Assembly: GCF_006345805.1 (NCBI RefSeq)
Contig: NC_043000.1
Span: 129,270,001 to 129,334,000 of the forward strand
DNA from: Octopus sinensis
Lineage: Eukaryota
Direction of reading: 5' to 3'
DNA length: 64,000 bases
The stretch's first letter is position 1. Every line of letters starts with the position of its first letter. Both the position numbers and the translations under genes were made by a program. The notes beneath the pieces were generated by a model, which did not search any database, had not been told where the DNA came from, and worked only from the letters and a program-made list of their open reading frames with translations. Below, piece after piece: positions 1 through 11,422 of this stretch.

Positions 1-1172
1 CTCTTCTAAGTTAACATGATTTTTTGCACTTCTTGTAGTGATGGTAAGCCTGGTATCATTTTCAAATAGGTTTCAGTACCTTTTTTTTATCATTCCTAGA
101 GCTCCTACAATCACTGGTATTGTAGTCGCCTTGAAATGCCACATTTTTTCAGTTTCTATTAGCAAGTCTTTATATTTACTGATCTTCTGAAATTCTTCCA
201 CCACTTTATTGTGATCGCAAGGAACACTCATGTCAATTAATAAACACATCCTTTTTGTCTGATCTTTTATAATAATATCCAGTTTATTGGCTTTTATAGT
301 TTTGTCGGTATGTACGGGTAAGTCCCATAGAATCGACACATTTTCTCCTTCAGTCACAGCTTCAGGATGGTGTTTATACCATTTGTCAGCGGTTTTGATT
401 TTATAATGCCGACATATTGTCCAGTGTAAATACTGGCCGACTCTGTCATGTCTTGCTTTATATTCTACAGGTGCTAAGACTCTACACCCTAAGATTAGGT
501 GGTCTATAGTTTCAATCTCATCGTTACAGAATTGGCATTTTGGGTCTGCTCCATATTTTATCACATTGGCTTGGTAGTTCCGGGTTAATAAGCTTTGGTC
601 TTGAGCTGCTAATATGAAACTTTCACTCTCCGCTTTTAGCCCTGAGCTTCGTAACCATTGGTGCGTGCGTTTCTGGTCGACATCAGCTTGTTTGCTACGG
701 GCCACATACTTGCCATGCAGAGGTTTCTGTTCACATCTGCTAGCTAATTTTTCATGTGCTTTTGTCTTTGCAATTAATTTTCTTTTCTTTGCAGCAACAT
801 TGGCACATTTCCTTCAACCTGATTGATCTGGGAGGTATCTAAGTGATCAGTTTGCTCTCTTTCAGAATATAGTGAAGTTTTTTCAGTCTTTCATGTTTTT
901 CAACAAGTTTTAGCATCCAATCGTTGGTTGCTTCAAGGTATTTGGCCAGTCCGATTGTGGTAGGTTTGTATGTAAGTTCAAGCTGGATCAAGCCTCGACC
1001 TCCCTGAGCTCTGGGAAGGTAAAGACGATCCACGTCTATCTTTGGATGGTGCATCTTATTACAAGTCGCTAGCTTGCGGATTTTTCTGTCAATTTTCATT
1101 ATTTCACTGGTATTGCAGTTAAGCACATTGAAGCTATAAAGAACAATTGGGACTGTTAAGGAATTTATGGCT
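1..1172 (-). mobile_element. R4/Dong-like non-LTR retrotransposon, 3' fragment, copy 1 (post-RT region, CCHC knuckle, REL endonuclease)
   Basis: ORFs 839-1126 (HPKIDVDRLYLPRAQGGRGL) and 73-705 (C-x2-C...ETIDHLILGC, RHD, K-x-DIII...IDMSVP, IPVIVGALG) match C-terminal motifs of REL-type LINEs. The 5'-truncated end abuts (TAA)n at ~1175-1205. Confidence 0.85.
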
Positions 1173-1205
1173 AATTTATTATTATTATTATATTATTATT
1201 ATTAT

Positions 1206-2572
1206 TTTTTTTTTTTTTTCCTCCTTTCTCCAATTTTCTTCCATTTCTCGCCGAGTGTTTGCCGTACACCTAGGGCAGAGAAGCTCATTGTATACATTCC
1301 CAGATTACAATGCAAATTCACAATTAAAATATGTATTTAAAAAAAATTAATAAATAAATAAATTCATGAATGGATGTTGTTTTCACAGCGATAATGCTCT
1401 TCTAAGTTAACATGATTTTTTGCACTTCTTGTAGTGATGGTAAGCCTGGTATCATTTTCAAATAGGTTTCAGTACCTTTTTTTTATCATTCCTAGAGCTC
1501 CTACAATCACTGGTATTGTAGTCGCCTTGAAATGCCACATTTTTTCAGTTTCTATTAGCAAGTCTTTATATTTACTGATCTTCTGAAATTCTTCCACCAC
1601 TTTATTGTGATCGCAAGGAACACTCATGTCAATTAATAAACACATCCTTTTTGTCTGATCTTTTATAATAATATCCAGTTTATTGGCTTTTATAGTTTTG
1701 TCGGTATGTACGGGTAAGTCCCATAGAATCGACACATTTTCTCCTTCAGTCACAGCTTCAGGATGGTGTTTATACCATTTGTCAGCGGTTTTGATTTTAT
1801 AATGCCGACATATTGTCCAGTGTAAATACTGGCCGACTCTGTCATGTCTTGCTTTATATTCTACAGGTGCTAAGACTCTACACCCTAAGATTAGGTGGTC
1901 TATAGTTTCAATCTCATCGTTACAGAATTGGCATTTTGGGTCTGCTCCATATTTTATCACATTGGCTTGGTAGTTCCGGGTTAATAAGCTTTGGTCTTGA
2001 GCTGCTAATATGAAACTTTCACTCTCCGCTTTTAGCCCTGAGCTTCGTAACCATTGGTGCGTGCGTTTCTGGTCGACATCAGCTTGTTTGCTACGGGCCA
2101 CATACTTGCCATGCAGAGGTTTCTGTTCACATCTGCTAGCTAATTTTTCATGTGCTTTTGTCTTTGCAATTAATTTTCTTTTCTTTGCAGCAACATTTGG
2201 CACATTTCCTTCAACCTGATTGATCTGGGAGGTATCTAAGTGATCAGTTTGCTCTCTTTCAGAATATAGTGAAGTTTTTTCAGTCTTTCATGTTTTTCAA
2301 CAAGTTTTAGCATCCAATCGTTGGTTGCTTCAAGGTATTTGGCCAGTCCGATTGTGGTAGGTTTGTATGTAAGTTCAAGCTGGATCAAGCCTCGACCTCC
2401 CTGAGCTCTGGGAAGGTAAAGACGATCCACGTCTATCTTTGGATGGTGCATCTTATTACAAGTCGCTAGCTTGCGGATTTTTCTGTCAATTTTCATTATT
2501 TCACTGGTATTGCAGTTAAGCACATTGAAGCTATAAAGAACAATTGGGACTGTTAAGGAATTTATGGCTAAT
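1206..2572 (-). mobile_element. R4/Dong-like LINE 3' fragment, copy 2, with 3' UTR and A-tail running into (TAA)n
   Basis: Same sequence as copy 1, offset 1396-1397 bp (ORFs 1469-2203 and 2236-2523). On the minus strand the 3' UTR ends in poly(A) followed by (TAA)n at 1175-1220. Confidence 0.85.
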
Positions 2573-2597
2573 TTATTATTATTATTATTATTATTAT

Positions 2598-3080
2598 ATG
2601 AAAACTCACAACTTATTTTGCTGGTTATGATGGAAAGTGTCAGCTGTCCACAGCCAGCAGACTAAGGTGACACTTGTTTACTAGTCTTACTTTAAGAACT
2701 CTGCAAAGAATTCTTGCAGTTCCAAGCAATGCTGATTTTTGTAGGTGTTCTACCTTTACACTCGCACAGATCTTTTTCCGCTATGCTAGTAGTTAAGTGC
2801 CGATACTTCCAAGTGCACCCAATTACTATTGGTATCATGTCTACTCTCCTCATTAACCACAACCTTCATATTTCTCCACTTTAAATCATCATAGTTGTTT
2901 ACTTTTTCTTCTTCTTTCACATTGATCCTGTTGTCACCAGGGGCATACTATGTCAATAATCATACATGTTCTTTCTTTTTTATTCACCACAATGTTTGGT
3001 TTCTTATGTCTGGTCAGGTGATTGCACTTGATCATTACATCCCACAGGATTTTGCAGTTCTCATTTTCGGTGAATCATCA
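2598..3080 (-). mobile_element. Second, divergent REL-LINE (R4/Dong-like) 3' end, frameshifted
   Basis: Minus-strand translation ENENCKILWDVMIKCNHLTRHKKPNIVV..KERTCMIIDIVC, then a +1 frameshift, ...LQKSALLGTARIL..VL. Flanked by (TAA)n at both ends. Confidence 0.8.
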
Positions 3081-3110
3081 TTATTATTATTATTATTATT
3101 ATGATTATTA

Positions 3111-3630
3111 TTAATTTCTCTTTATCACAGGTTTTGTTGGAGCTCCTGGAGTCTTGCATGCATAGCAGGCTTACTAACTGTAGCCTATGGTACCATGCTA
3201 TTTGTTTTCAGCCATCTAATACTTTCCTGATTATTCTGGCTGTGCCAAGGAGGCAAACCTTTTGCAACAGTTCTACTGGGCATTCTATTCCAATTTCCTT
3301 TATATTCCTCTTGATGCCTTCTGATACTGTTCCCAAGAACCCAACAATAATTGGCACTATTTTCACCTTCTTCATTTTCCATAGCTGGGCTATTTCATAC
3401 TTAAGAAAGTTGTACCTATCTGTCTTTTCGTCTTCCTTCTTGGCTATTCGTCGGTCAAAGGAGCATGCAACATCAACTATATAGCACCACCAGGTCATGT
3501 CTGTTATGCTCTAACAGCTGATCTGTTTGGATTGGGAACTCCCAGAGGATTTTGCTAGTCTCTGACTCTGCCACTCTCTGTGGTTTGTGCTCATACGATG
3601 TGTTGCCTCTCTCTAGCCTTTCATCTTTGC
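3111..3630 (-). mobile_element. Third, divergent REL-LINE (R4/Dong-like) 3' end
   Basis: ORFs 3473-3661 (YEHKPQRVAESETSKILWEFPIQTDQLLEHNRHDLVV) and 3208-3498 (CYIVDVAC...KIVPIIVGFLG...LQKVCLLGTARIIRKVL). The 3' UTR runs into (TAA)n at 3081-3110. Confidence 0.85.
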
Positions 3631-3917
3631 TGGGTCGATAAAATAAGTACCATATGAGCACTGGGGTTTGCCTTTCATCCTTCTGAGGTTGCTAAATTAA
3701 GTACCAGTTGAACACTGGGGTTGATGTAATTAGCTAGCCCCCACCCCCACCCCTATCACCCAATTTAGTCCTTGTCAGACGTTTTACTCTTCACAGCAAC
3801 TCAAACACATCAACAATCTACAATTTCTCTTTTAAATGAAGTTTTGTTAATACAAACCCCTCATCTGTCTCCCCAGATACCTTAAAAATTTGTTTTGTCT
3901 TAATCCTCATATCTCAC

Positions 3918-4110
3918 CTTGGGTTTAGACCTCTGCCAAAATCTTCAATCCAAAATCTTTCATCCTCACACAATGGTAGTACACTAAAAATTACTAACTG
4001 GACCATTGGCAAAATCTCCTCAGCTATTAGAGAAGATAATGTAAAGGCTAGATTTAATGCAGCACATGTAATAATTGCTGGCAGTTTATGAACATCTTTG
4101 ATTATTGAAT
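3918..4110 (-). CDS. NOXRED1: NOXRED1-like, coding exon 4
   Basis: Acceptor tttcag at 4116-4111; donor AG|GTGAGA at 3918/3917. Length 193 nt, phase 1 to 2. DSIIKDVHKLPAIITCAALNLAFTLSS...LVIFSV resembles the vertebrate segment GIILNIKWLEGVFYAALNI...LFLSV as recalled. Confidence 0.8.
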
Positions 4111-4481
4111 CTGAAATTACATTTGAAAAGATAAGTATTAGCAATGAAAGCAGAATTTTTACCAAAAGGCGATCTTTATATCTAACTTGTCATGAATATG
4201 ATCTCTTTATTTGGCACTATGGCCATAACACAGAGGGCACAGCACAAAGACAGACAGAACATCACAGTGGGGACAAAAAACATAAAACGAATGAAAAACG
4301 GTAAAATGTACAATGAAATCAATGGTGATGAAATGGCTGCATGCACTCCACTCACATACAGTACCATTTGAACGTTCTTATTTTACGTTTATAATCTTTT
4401 TCAATTTTTTTTCCTATTAGCATAATTTTGTTTTACTCTCTTTTTCTCCTTTTTTTTTTAAACCACAATTTACTCTCTTTT

Positions 4482-4960
4482 TTAATACCTTATATATGGC
4501 TCTATTTCTCTTAGTTCAACTACTGGTGGTAGTTCATCAAACTCCACCAAGAATCTTGGTGTTTCAACATTACATTTTTCTTTCAACCTGCTATACTTTT
4601 CCTTGTCGATCAAAATTGCTTTCACATTTTCCCTGTACATGTCTTTGGGTAACTTCACCCTTATAATTAATTTCAGTTTGGTTATCATTTTCTCTGTGTT
4701 TACATCTTTGGCATATGTCACAAAATTCCAATCATATTTTCTCTGCCTTCTTGTTCGTTTGCCATGTTCTGCTCTTGGTGCCACTTCCTCCCTTTCTTTT
4801 CATTGCTGTTCTACTTAATTGGAAAAAAAAAAGCCTTCTAGTATGCTTCCTTCTGTCTCTTCCTCCCCCATAACCTTCTCAATCCCCTTTTCTACCTCTA
4901 TCACCCTTTTAACATCAACATTCTTTACGACTTCTTCCTCAATCTCAGAACATTGAATAC
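4482..4960 (-). mobile_element. Possible degraded LINE ORF1 (gag-like) remnant in NOXRED1 intron 3
   Basis: E/K-rich frame followed by ORF 4482-4784 (...CNVETPRFLVEFDELPPVV). No splice context that fits NOXRED1. The resemblance to retroelement ORF1 is from memory only. Confidence 0.3.
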
Positions 4961-5458
4961 TGTGTTATTTTTATGGGAGAATCCTGAACACCCCCACATG
5001 ACTGAAGGTGAACTCACTGATTACAAATAAATAAGAACTGAGTGAACTATCATGGAAGTAGTTGATGGTGTTTGAACAGTAACAAAGATACAAACTGAAC
5101 AGTAAAAACAGTAAAATGCAAATTTCTACTTTGGTGGGTAGAAAGCCATTTTCATTATCATTATAATTTTATTTTTACATCTCATAAATCATTCACTAAT
5201 TTTTATATGTACCCCACGTTTGTGTTGTCTGTCCTCATAGTGTCCACTCTATATTTAGGGCTTTATGCCAAATAAAGAAAAGAGTAGTCGTCGGTGTTAG
5301 TTTGACCATGTTGGTTTAACAATCAGTAGTTGAACAGTGAATACTGAGCATTGCACAGACCGCATTCTATGTTATATTTCTGTGATAGGTTATTTTTAGA
5401 TAACTATAACCAACTATTTATTTGTGTAATACCATTTTAAACCAGACGTGTATACCCA

Positions 5459-5649
5459 CGTCATGTATGTATGTATGTATGTATGTATGTATGTATGGAT
5501 GGATGGATGTATGGATGGATGGATGGATAGATGGATGTATGTATGTATGTATGTATGTACGTATGGATGGATGGATGAATGGATGGATGGATGGATGGAT
5601 GGATGCATGCATGCATACATGCATGTATGTATGCATGCATGTTTGTGTC

Positions 5650-5706
<57 letters not shown>

Positions 5707-5750
5707 CCCCCATCTCTCTCTCACTCTCTCTTTATATATATAGAGAGAGA
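5459..5750. repeat. Compound microsatellite (ATGT/GGAT/ATCT/CT/AT/AG)
   Basis: Directly visible; explains the spurious MYVC/HTYI-type ORFs. Confidence 0.95.
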
Positions 5751-5881
5751 GGGTGCAATGGGTAAATTGTCACCATTTTATATTTTTAATTTTGCACATG
5801 TACATTGTTTCTTTTTGATTTTGTCGACTTTTCTCCCAGCTCATGTCTCTCCAGCAGCTGTTGACCTGCAACAGTTTAAAC

Positions 5882-5994
5882 CAGTGGTTCTCAACTGGGG
5901 CCCACATGACCCTTTGGGGGCCTTTTGTTGTTAAAATTTATCTGTAATAAATTGATTATACTTCAACAATATATCAAATGGTTGAGAACCACAG
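5882..5994. mobile_element. 113-bp hAT (Charlie-like) MITE
   Basis: TIRs CAGTGGTTCTCAAC / GTTGAGAACCACAG. 8-bp TSD GTTTAAAC at 5874-5881 and 5995-6002. Confidence 0.9.
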
Positions 5995-6280
5995 GTTTAA
6001 ACATTACATGAATTGCATCAAGTTCACTGGTCTGAGGAGGTTTTGCAAAGATTATGGGCACTGGCCCTTCTTCTAGATCAGCAATTAAAAGAGAAGAAAG
6101 CTGTCAATGGGTAAGGGGTAATGGAGATGACGTGTAGAGCCAAAAGATATAAGTTCAAATATTTTTGGTGTAGGTGGCTGAAGGAAAGGCAAAATAGAAT
6201 TAAGATGTTCAAATGTGCTGAGGAGATGTGACAGTGAAGATACAAATCAATGATCGGGTGAGCTGTTATAAATTATTGGT

Positions 6281-6671
6281 GGAGGCACAATGGCCCAGTG
6301 GTTAGGGCAGCGGACTCGCGGTCATAGGATTGCAGTTTCGATTCCCAGACCAAGCGTTGTGAGTGTTTATTGAGCGAAAACACCTAAAGCTCCATGAGGC
6401 TCCGGCAGGGGATGGTGGTGATCCCTGCTGTACTCTTTCACCACAACTTTCTCTCACTTTTACTTCCTGTTTCTGTTGTACCTGTATTTCAAAGGGCCGG
6501 CCTTGTCACTCTCTGTGCCACGCTGAATATCCCCGAGAACTACATTAAGGGTACACGTGTTTGTGGAGTGCTCAGCCACTTACACGTTAATTTCACGAGC
6601 AGGCTGTTCCGTTGATTCGGATCAACCGGAACCCTCATCGTCGTAACCGATGGAGTGCTTCCATCCCCCCC
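6281..6671 (+). mobile_element. tRNA-derived SINE, family D (GGAGGCRCAATGGCCCAGTGG head)
   Basis: A-box TGGCCCAGTGG and B-box-like GTTTCGATTCC. 13-bp TSD ATAAATTATTGGT at 6268-6280 and 6672-6684. A second copy lies at 57856-58243. Confidence 0.9.
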
Positions 6672-7159
6672 ATAAATTATTGGTAAATGAAGGTTTGTCT
6701 GTTTGGTGGAGGACTTTATACAGTAGGTTGGTGGATGCTCTGAGATTGTAGATTGATGAATATCATGAAGCAGCAAATACACAGAAATGAGGGTTTATTA
6801 TTTTTACTTCTTAATTATTTTTTTATCAGCTATATTGATTCATAGATTATTTGGTGTATTGAACACCAATTTAAAATGTCAGCAAGATTGGTTCTTAATC
6901 TCTGAAACCTTTTAATTAATAAAACCTCTGAATTAATGAGAATACTTCTACTTAGCTACTAAATCTGCTATAAATAGCAGTTAAAGCTTCCTCAGATTAT
7001 ACCTTATCATTTTAAAAGAAGGAAATATGCATTAGATAATTACAGTTGGAATACATTTGATTATAGATCTTCTCAAGGAGAGCTGACCTAGGGCTGAATA
7101 GCATCAAGACAATGACAACAACTAAAGTCAAAAGTACTATAAAAAATATAGATTTTTAC

Positions 7160-7495
7160 CTTTGCCCCAGAATGGCAGAAACAGTTTTAGTGTCTCCTGG
7201 TCACTTAGAATATCAGTAATATCCTTTTGTTCCCACTTTATGGTGGCTGTGGTTTCCTCATTAACAGAAACATTCAAGTTGTAAACATTTTCAGTTCTAA
7301 GCATTGTAGCCAGCTTCTGGAGATCCTGAGCTACTAAAAGGCTGTACACAATGCATTTTTTTGGTAAGTGGTCCATAATTTCTTTTGACAGCAGGGTAAG
7401 TTGTGATGGTGGGATTGCGAGTAACAAGATCTCTGCAAATCTACACACTTCGATATTATTATCAGTGCAGAAAATTCCTTTTCTCTTAAATTCAT
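7160..7495 (-). CDS. NOXRED1: NOXRED1-like, coding exon 3
   Basis: Acceptor ttttttgcag at 7498-7496; donor G|GTAAAA at 7160/7159. Length 336 nt, phase 1 to 1. DEFKRKGIFCTDNNIEVCRFAEILLLAIPPSQL...CIVYSL matches the NOXRED1/P5CR-like segment (ADVIFLCCLPSQL...IVYSF). Confidence 0.88.
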
Positions 7496-7825
7496 CTGCA
7501 AAAAAACATGAAAAAAAAATTAATTAGTCACAAACATGAACATCCTTGCTTAATTAATGGTGGAATAATTATTGTAATACAAAAATAAGTGCTGCTGTGG
7601 TTTGTATCCCAATTCTAGCAATTATACTTCTTTGACAAATTAACATCATTACTTATTTTAAAATTGGTACTTATTCCTACAAGACTCTTTTGCTGAATTG
7701 TCAAGTTATGGGGATGTAAACAAACCAACATTGATTGTCAAGTAGAGGCGGGAAACAAACACAAACATAAATATGCATACACACACACACACACACCACA
7801 CACACACACACACATACATACATAT

Positions 7826-7870
<45 letters not shown>

Positions 7871-7876
7871 TATATA

Positions 7877-7994
7877 TTATAGAAGGAGCTTCTACAGGAC
7901 TAGAACTGTTTCATTCAAATGAAATCATCAGGAAGCTTCCTGATGATTTCATTTGAATGAAACAGTTCTAGTCCTGTAGAAGCTCTTTCTATAA
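7877..7994. ncRNA. Near-perfect 118-bp palindrome with a type I hammerhead-like motif on each strand
   Basis: 59-bp arms with 1 mismatch and no loop, centred at 7935/7936. Plus strand reads AGCTTC-CTGATGA-tTTCatttGAAt-GAAA-CAG..CTG-T-A-GAAGCT (7934-7984); a mirror copy is on the minus strand. Confidence 0.7.
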
Positions 7995-8066
7995 AATAAA
8001 TTAATTTACTCTGCTATGTATTGAGTACCTTATTTACTGTGGTTAACCCCGACTCAACCCGGGACC

Positions 8067-8125
<59 letters not shown>

Positions 8126-8259
8126 TAGGTGTTAGTTAGAGGGGTTTAATACCTCTAAGGGATAATCAAATCCAAAGTCGCTCCTGGTTATTAGGCACAG
8201 TCATTTGTAAGGTTGTACGGTAGCAGGTGGTTTGGTTGGTAAACCGTGGTTTAAGTTAT

Positions 8260-8413
8260 ATAGGAGAAGAAAATGGATATAATAACAATGGGAATCTCGT
8301 GGTTTTTGCTGGTATGCCTTTAATTCAATGTCTTTGTTATCTAATTAAATTAAAGGCATATCAGCGAAAACCACGAGTTTCCCATTGTTATTATATCCAT
8401 TTTCTTCTCCTAT
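8260..8413. repeat. 66-bp inverted repeat with 22-bp spacer
   Basis: Arms 8260-8325 and 8348-8413, 3 mismatches, flanked by microsatellites. Confidence 0.9.
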
Positions 8414-8619
8414 GTATGTATGTATGTATTTGTGTGTATATATGTATGTATGCATGTATGTATGTATTTGTGTGTATGTGTGTATGTATGTATGTATATA
8501 TGTATTTGTGTGTATGTATGTATTTGTGTGTATGTATACATATATACATACATATATATATATATATTTTTTTTTTGAGTATATATATATATATATTATA
8601 TATATATATATATACATAT

Positions 8620-8765
8620 GTTAGGAAGGGCATCCAGCCGTAGAAACACTGCCAGATTTGACTGGGCCTGATGAAGCCTTCTGGCTTCACAGACCCCAGT
8701 AGAACCGTCCAACCCATGCTAGCATGGAAAACGGACGCTAAATGATGATGATGATGATGATGATA
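8620..8765 (+). mobile_element. Solo 3' end of RTE LINE with (GAT)n tail
   Basis: ttaggaagggcatccagc...catgctagcatggaaaacggacgctaaatgatgatg. Same sequence as the 3' end of the RTE at 11423-13620. Confidence 0.8.
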
Positions 8766-9235
8766 TATATATATTTTTTTGTATGAGTATATATATATAT
8801 ATATATACACTTATACATATGTATATACATATCTGTATATAATGACAGGCTTCTATGTAGTTTCCATCTTTTAAATTCACTCATGAGGTATTGGTTGACC
8901 TGAAGCAATAGTAGAAGACAGTTGCCCAATGTGCACCAATTGGAACCACATGGTTTACAAAGCAAGCTTCTTAACCACACACCCCATGCTTGTGCCTACA
9001 TGTATAGCCCATTGTAGCCCATTTGTCCTCTCTTGTGTGTCTATGTAACAAATCATTTTCAAATATTTCCCTTTCTGTTTTTTTTCTACTGATTAATTTA
9101 ATAGGTTTCAAACAATATAGAGCAGGGGTTATGTAGATTCTCCATACTTGTTAAAAGATATAATTTAAGGCCTTAAAAAAAAAGCTGTATGAATGGTTGA
9201 GTATGTTGATAAATGTTCTTCATGATTTCGTTATA

Positions 9236-9389
9236 CAGGAGTGGCTGTGTGGTAAGTAGCTTGCTTACCAACCACATGGTTCCGGGTTCAGTCCCACTGT
9301 GTGGCACCTTGGGCAAGTGTATTCTACTATAGCCTTGGGCTGACCAAAGCCTTGTGAGTGGATTTGGTAGACAGAAACTGAAAGAAGCC

Positions 9390-9451
<62 letters not shown>

Positions 9452-9660
9452 TTGTGTGTCTGCGTTTGTCCCCCCAACATCGCATGACAACCGATGCTCG
9501 TGTGTTTACGTCCCCGTAACTTAGCGGTTTGGCTAAGAGACCAATAGAATAAGTACTAGGCTTACAAAGAATAAGTCCTGGGGTCAAGTTGCTCGACTAA
9601 AGGCGGTGCTCCAGCATGACCGCAGTCAAATGACTGAAACAAGTAAAAGAGTAAAAGAGT
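9236..9660 (+). mobile_element. tRNA-derived SINE, family A (CAGGAGTGGCTGTGTGGTAAG head, internal (TA)/(TG) tract, GTAAAAGA tail)
   Basis: Full-length copy; at least 10 further copies or fragments in the window. Confidence 0.9.
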
Positions 9661-10025
9661 AATTATCAGCCTGTTAATGTTCACTTGTCCATGCTTACAT
9701 GGATCAGAAAAAAATTTGTTAAAGCAGATTCCCCATGGCCTGATGCTCTTCTTGTTGCCAACCTACACCTGTTGTCAGGTGTTTTTTTCATGGAAGACTG
9801 GAAATGCAGGACTCTACTTGTATGACAGTGTCCTTCCTTTATAACTATCCTGTGATGTCATGGAGAAACAAATAAACACACATGCATGCGATGTCAGTCA
9901 AGAAATATTACAAAACCATCTGCTAATTATAGAAACAAGAGAAACATTCATGACTGTGTTAAAGGCTTCCATGACTGGTGGGGGAAAGAGAAGATGTCAT
10001 CTACAGTCTAGAGACCTGGATATAA

Positions 10026-10353
10026 AAAAAAAAAAAGACTCCGCCGGTACGACGAGGGTCCCAGCTGATACGATCAACGGAACAGCTTGCTCGTGAAATT
10101 AACGTGCAAATGGCTGAGCATTCCACAGACACGTGTACCCTTAACGTAGTTCTCGGGGATAATCAGCATGACACAGAGAGTGACAAGGCTGACCCTTTGA
10201 AATACAAGTACAACTCATTTTTGCCAGCTGAGTGGACTGGAGCAACGTGAAATAAAGTGTCTTGCTCAAGGACACAACGCGTCGCCAGGAATCGAACTCA
10301 CAACCTTACGATCATGAGCCGAATGCCCTAACCACTAAGCCACACGCCCTCAC
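10026..10353 (-). mobile_element. Chimeric SINE with a family C-type head and a family D-type 3' half
   Basis: 16-bp TSD AGAGACCTGGATATAA at 10010-10025 and 10354-10369. The head matches 23161-23300 and the tail matches 6480-6650. Confidence 0.85.
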
Positions 10354-10607
10354 AGAGACCTGGATATAATGCTTGCAAAACAGAATGGTGTCTGCTAAAG
10401 ACACCTAAGGGCTATATATCAATCCAGGTAACACATTAAATATGTTATATCAAACCAGGTAACAGATTAAATCTACTACATCAGAACAGGAACTGTCCAT
10501 CCAGGGGGCTTCCACACTCACTTCCTACCAAATTGCATTTACAAGGCTTTGACCTAAGGTTATAATAGAAAACCCTTACCAAAATGACATCAGACACAAA
10601 ACCTGCT

Positions 10608-10995
10608 TGTGGCTTAGTGGTTAGGGTGTCAGCATCATGATCGTAAGATTGTAGTTTCGATTCCTGGACCGGGCAACGCATTGTGTTCTTGAGCAAAACA
10701 CTTCATTTCACGTTGCTCCAGTCCACTCAGCTGGCAAAAATGAGTAATGCTGCGATGGACTGGTGTCCCATCCAGCTTGGTTAGGGTGTCAGCATCATGA
10801 TCGTAAGATTGTAGTTTCGATTCCTGGACCGGGCAACGCATTGTGTTCTTGAGCAAAACACTTCATTTCACGTTGCTCCAGTCCACTCAGCTGGCAAAAA
10901 TGAGTAATGCTGCGATGGACTGGTGTCCCATCCAGCTTGGGAACACGTACGCCATGGAAACTGGGCTCATGAGCCTGGATAGGCTTTAAAACGGT
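10608..10995 (+). mobile_element. tRNA-derived SINE, family C, with an exact internal 160-bp tandem duplication
   Basis: tggttagggtgtcagc...tccagct starts at 10618 and again at 10778. Confidence 0.9.
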
Positions 10996-11422
10996 GCATT
11001 TATTTATTTTATAATAATAGTGTTACTATTTCAGTAATTAAGGGATACCTTGAACAACTTCATGCTGCTATGCAACCCCACATTGGCTATGACTGAGCAG
11101 ACCAAACCATTTTTTTATTCAGACTTAAAGTATCTGAGGCTACATAGTCCAATGTGGCCATTCTCTTTTTTAAGATTGTTTAGTGTGATTTGAAACACAT
11201 TTGGCTGCTATTTTTAACAAGACAAGCAGCTGTGTAGAGCTGCTGTCATTGATTTAATTGCCTAGACCAGTGCTCCACAACTGGTATGCTGTGACACACT
11301 GGTGTGCCATGAAACGTTGCTAGGTGTGCCACAGTATAACCTGAATATAATTTTTTTCCATATAGTTTTAGTTATATTTTTAGTTCAGGTGTGCTGCTGA
11401 ATTTTGAAAAGAATATAAGTGT

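Larger units (their letters stand above)
1..2590. repeat. Near-identical tandem duplication, unit ~1396 bp
   Basis: ctcttctaagttaacatg occurs at 1 and 1397. Homologous ORF ends are offset by 1396 then 1397 (one extra T near 2190). Confidence 0.95.

Noticed and set aside
3780-3890. Candidate NOXRED1 final exon just after exon 4
   Set aside because: It would need a ~36-nt intron or hits early stops, with no similarity to the expected C-terminus.
6281-6360. tRNA-like sequences at SINE heads (also 9236, 23163, 38875, 54397, 57860)
   Set aside because: A and B boxes are present, but there is no complete cloverleaf and they continue into SINE bodies with TSDs.
8664-8695. CTGATGA followed by an AGCC/GGCT hairpin
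   Set aside because: No GAAA follows; it is a mutated RTE 3' UTR.
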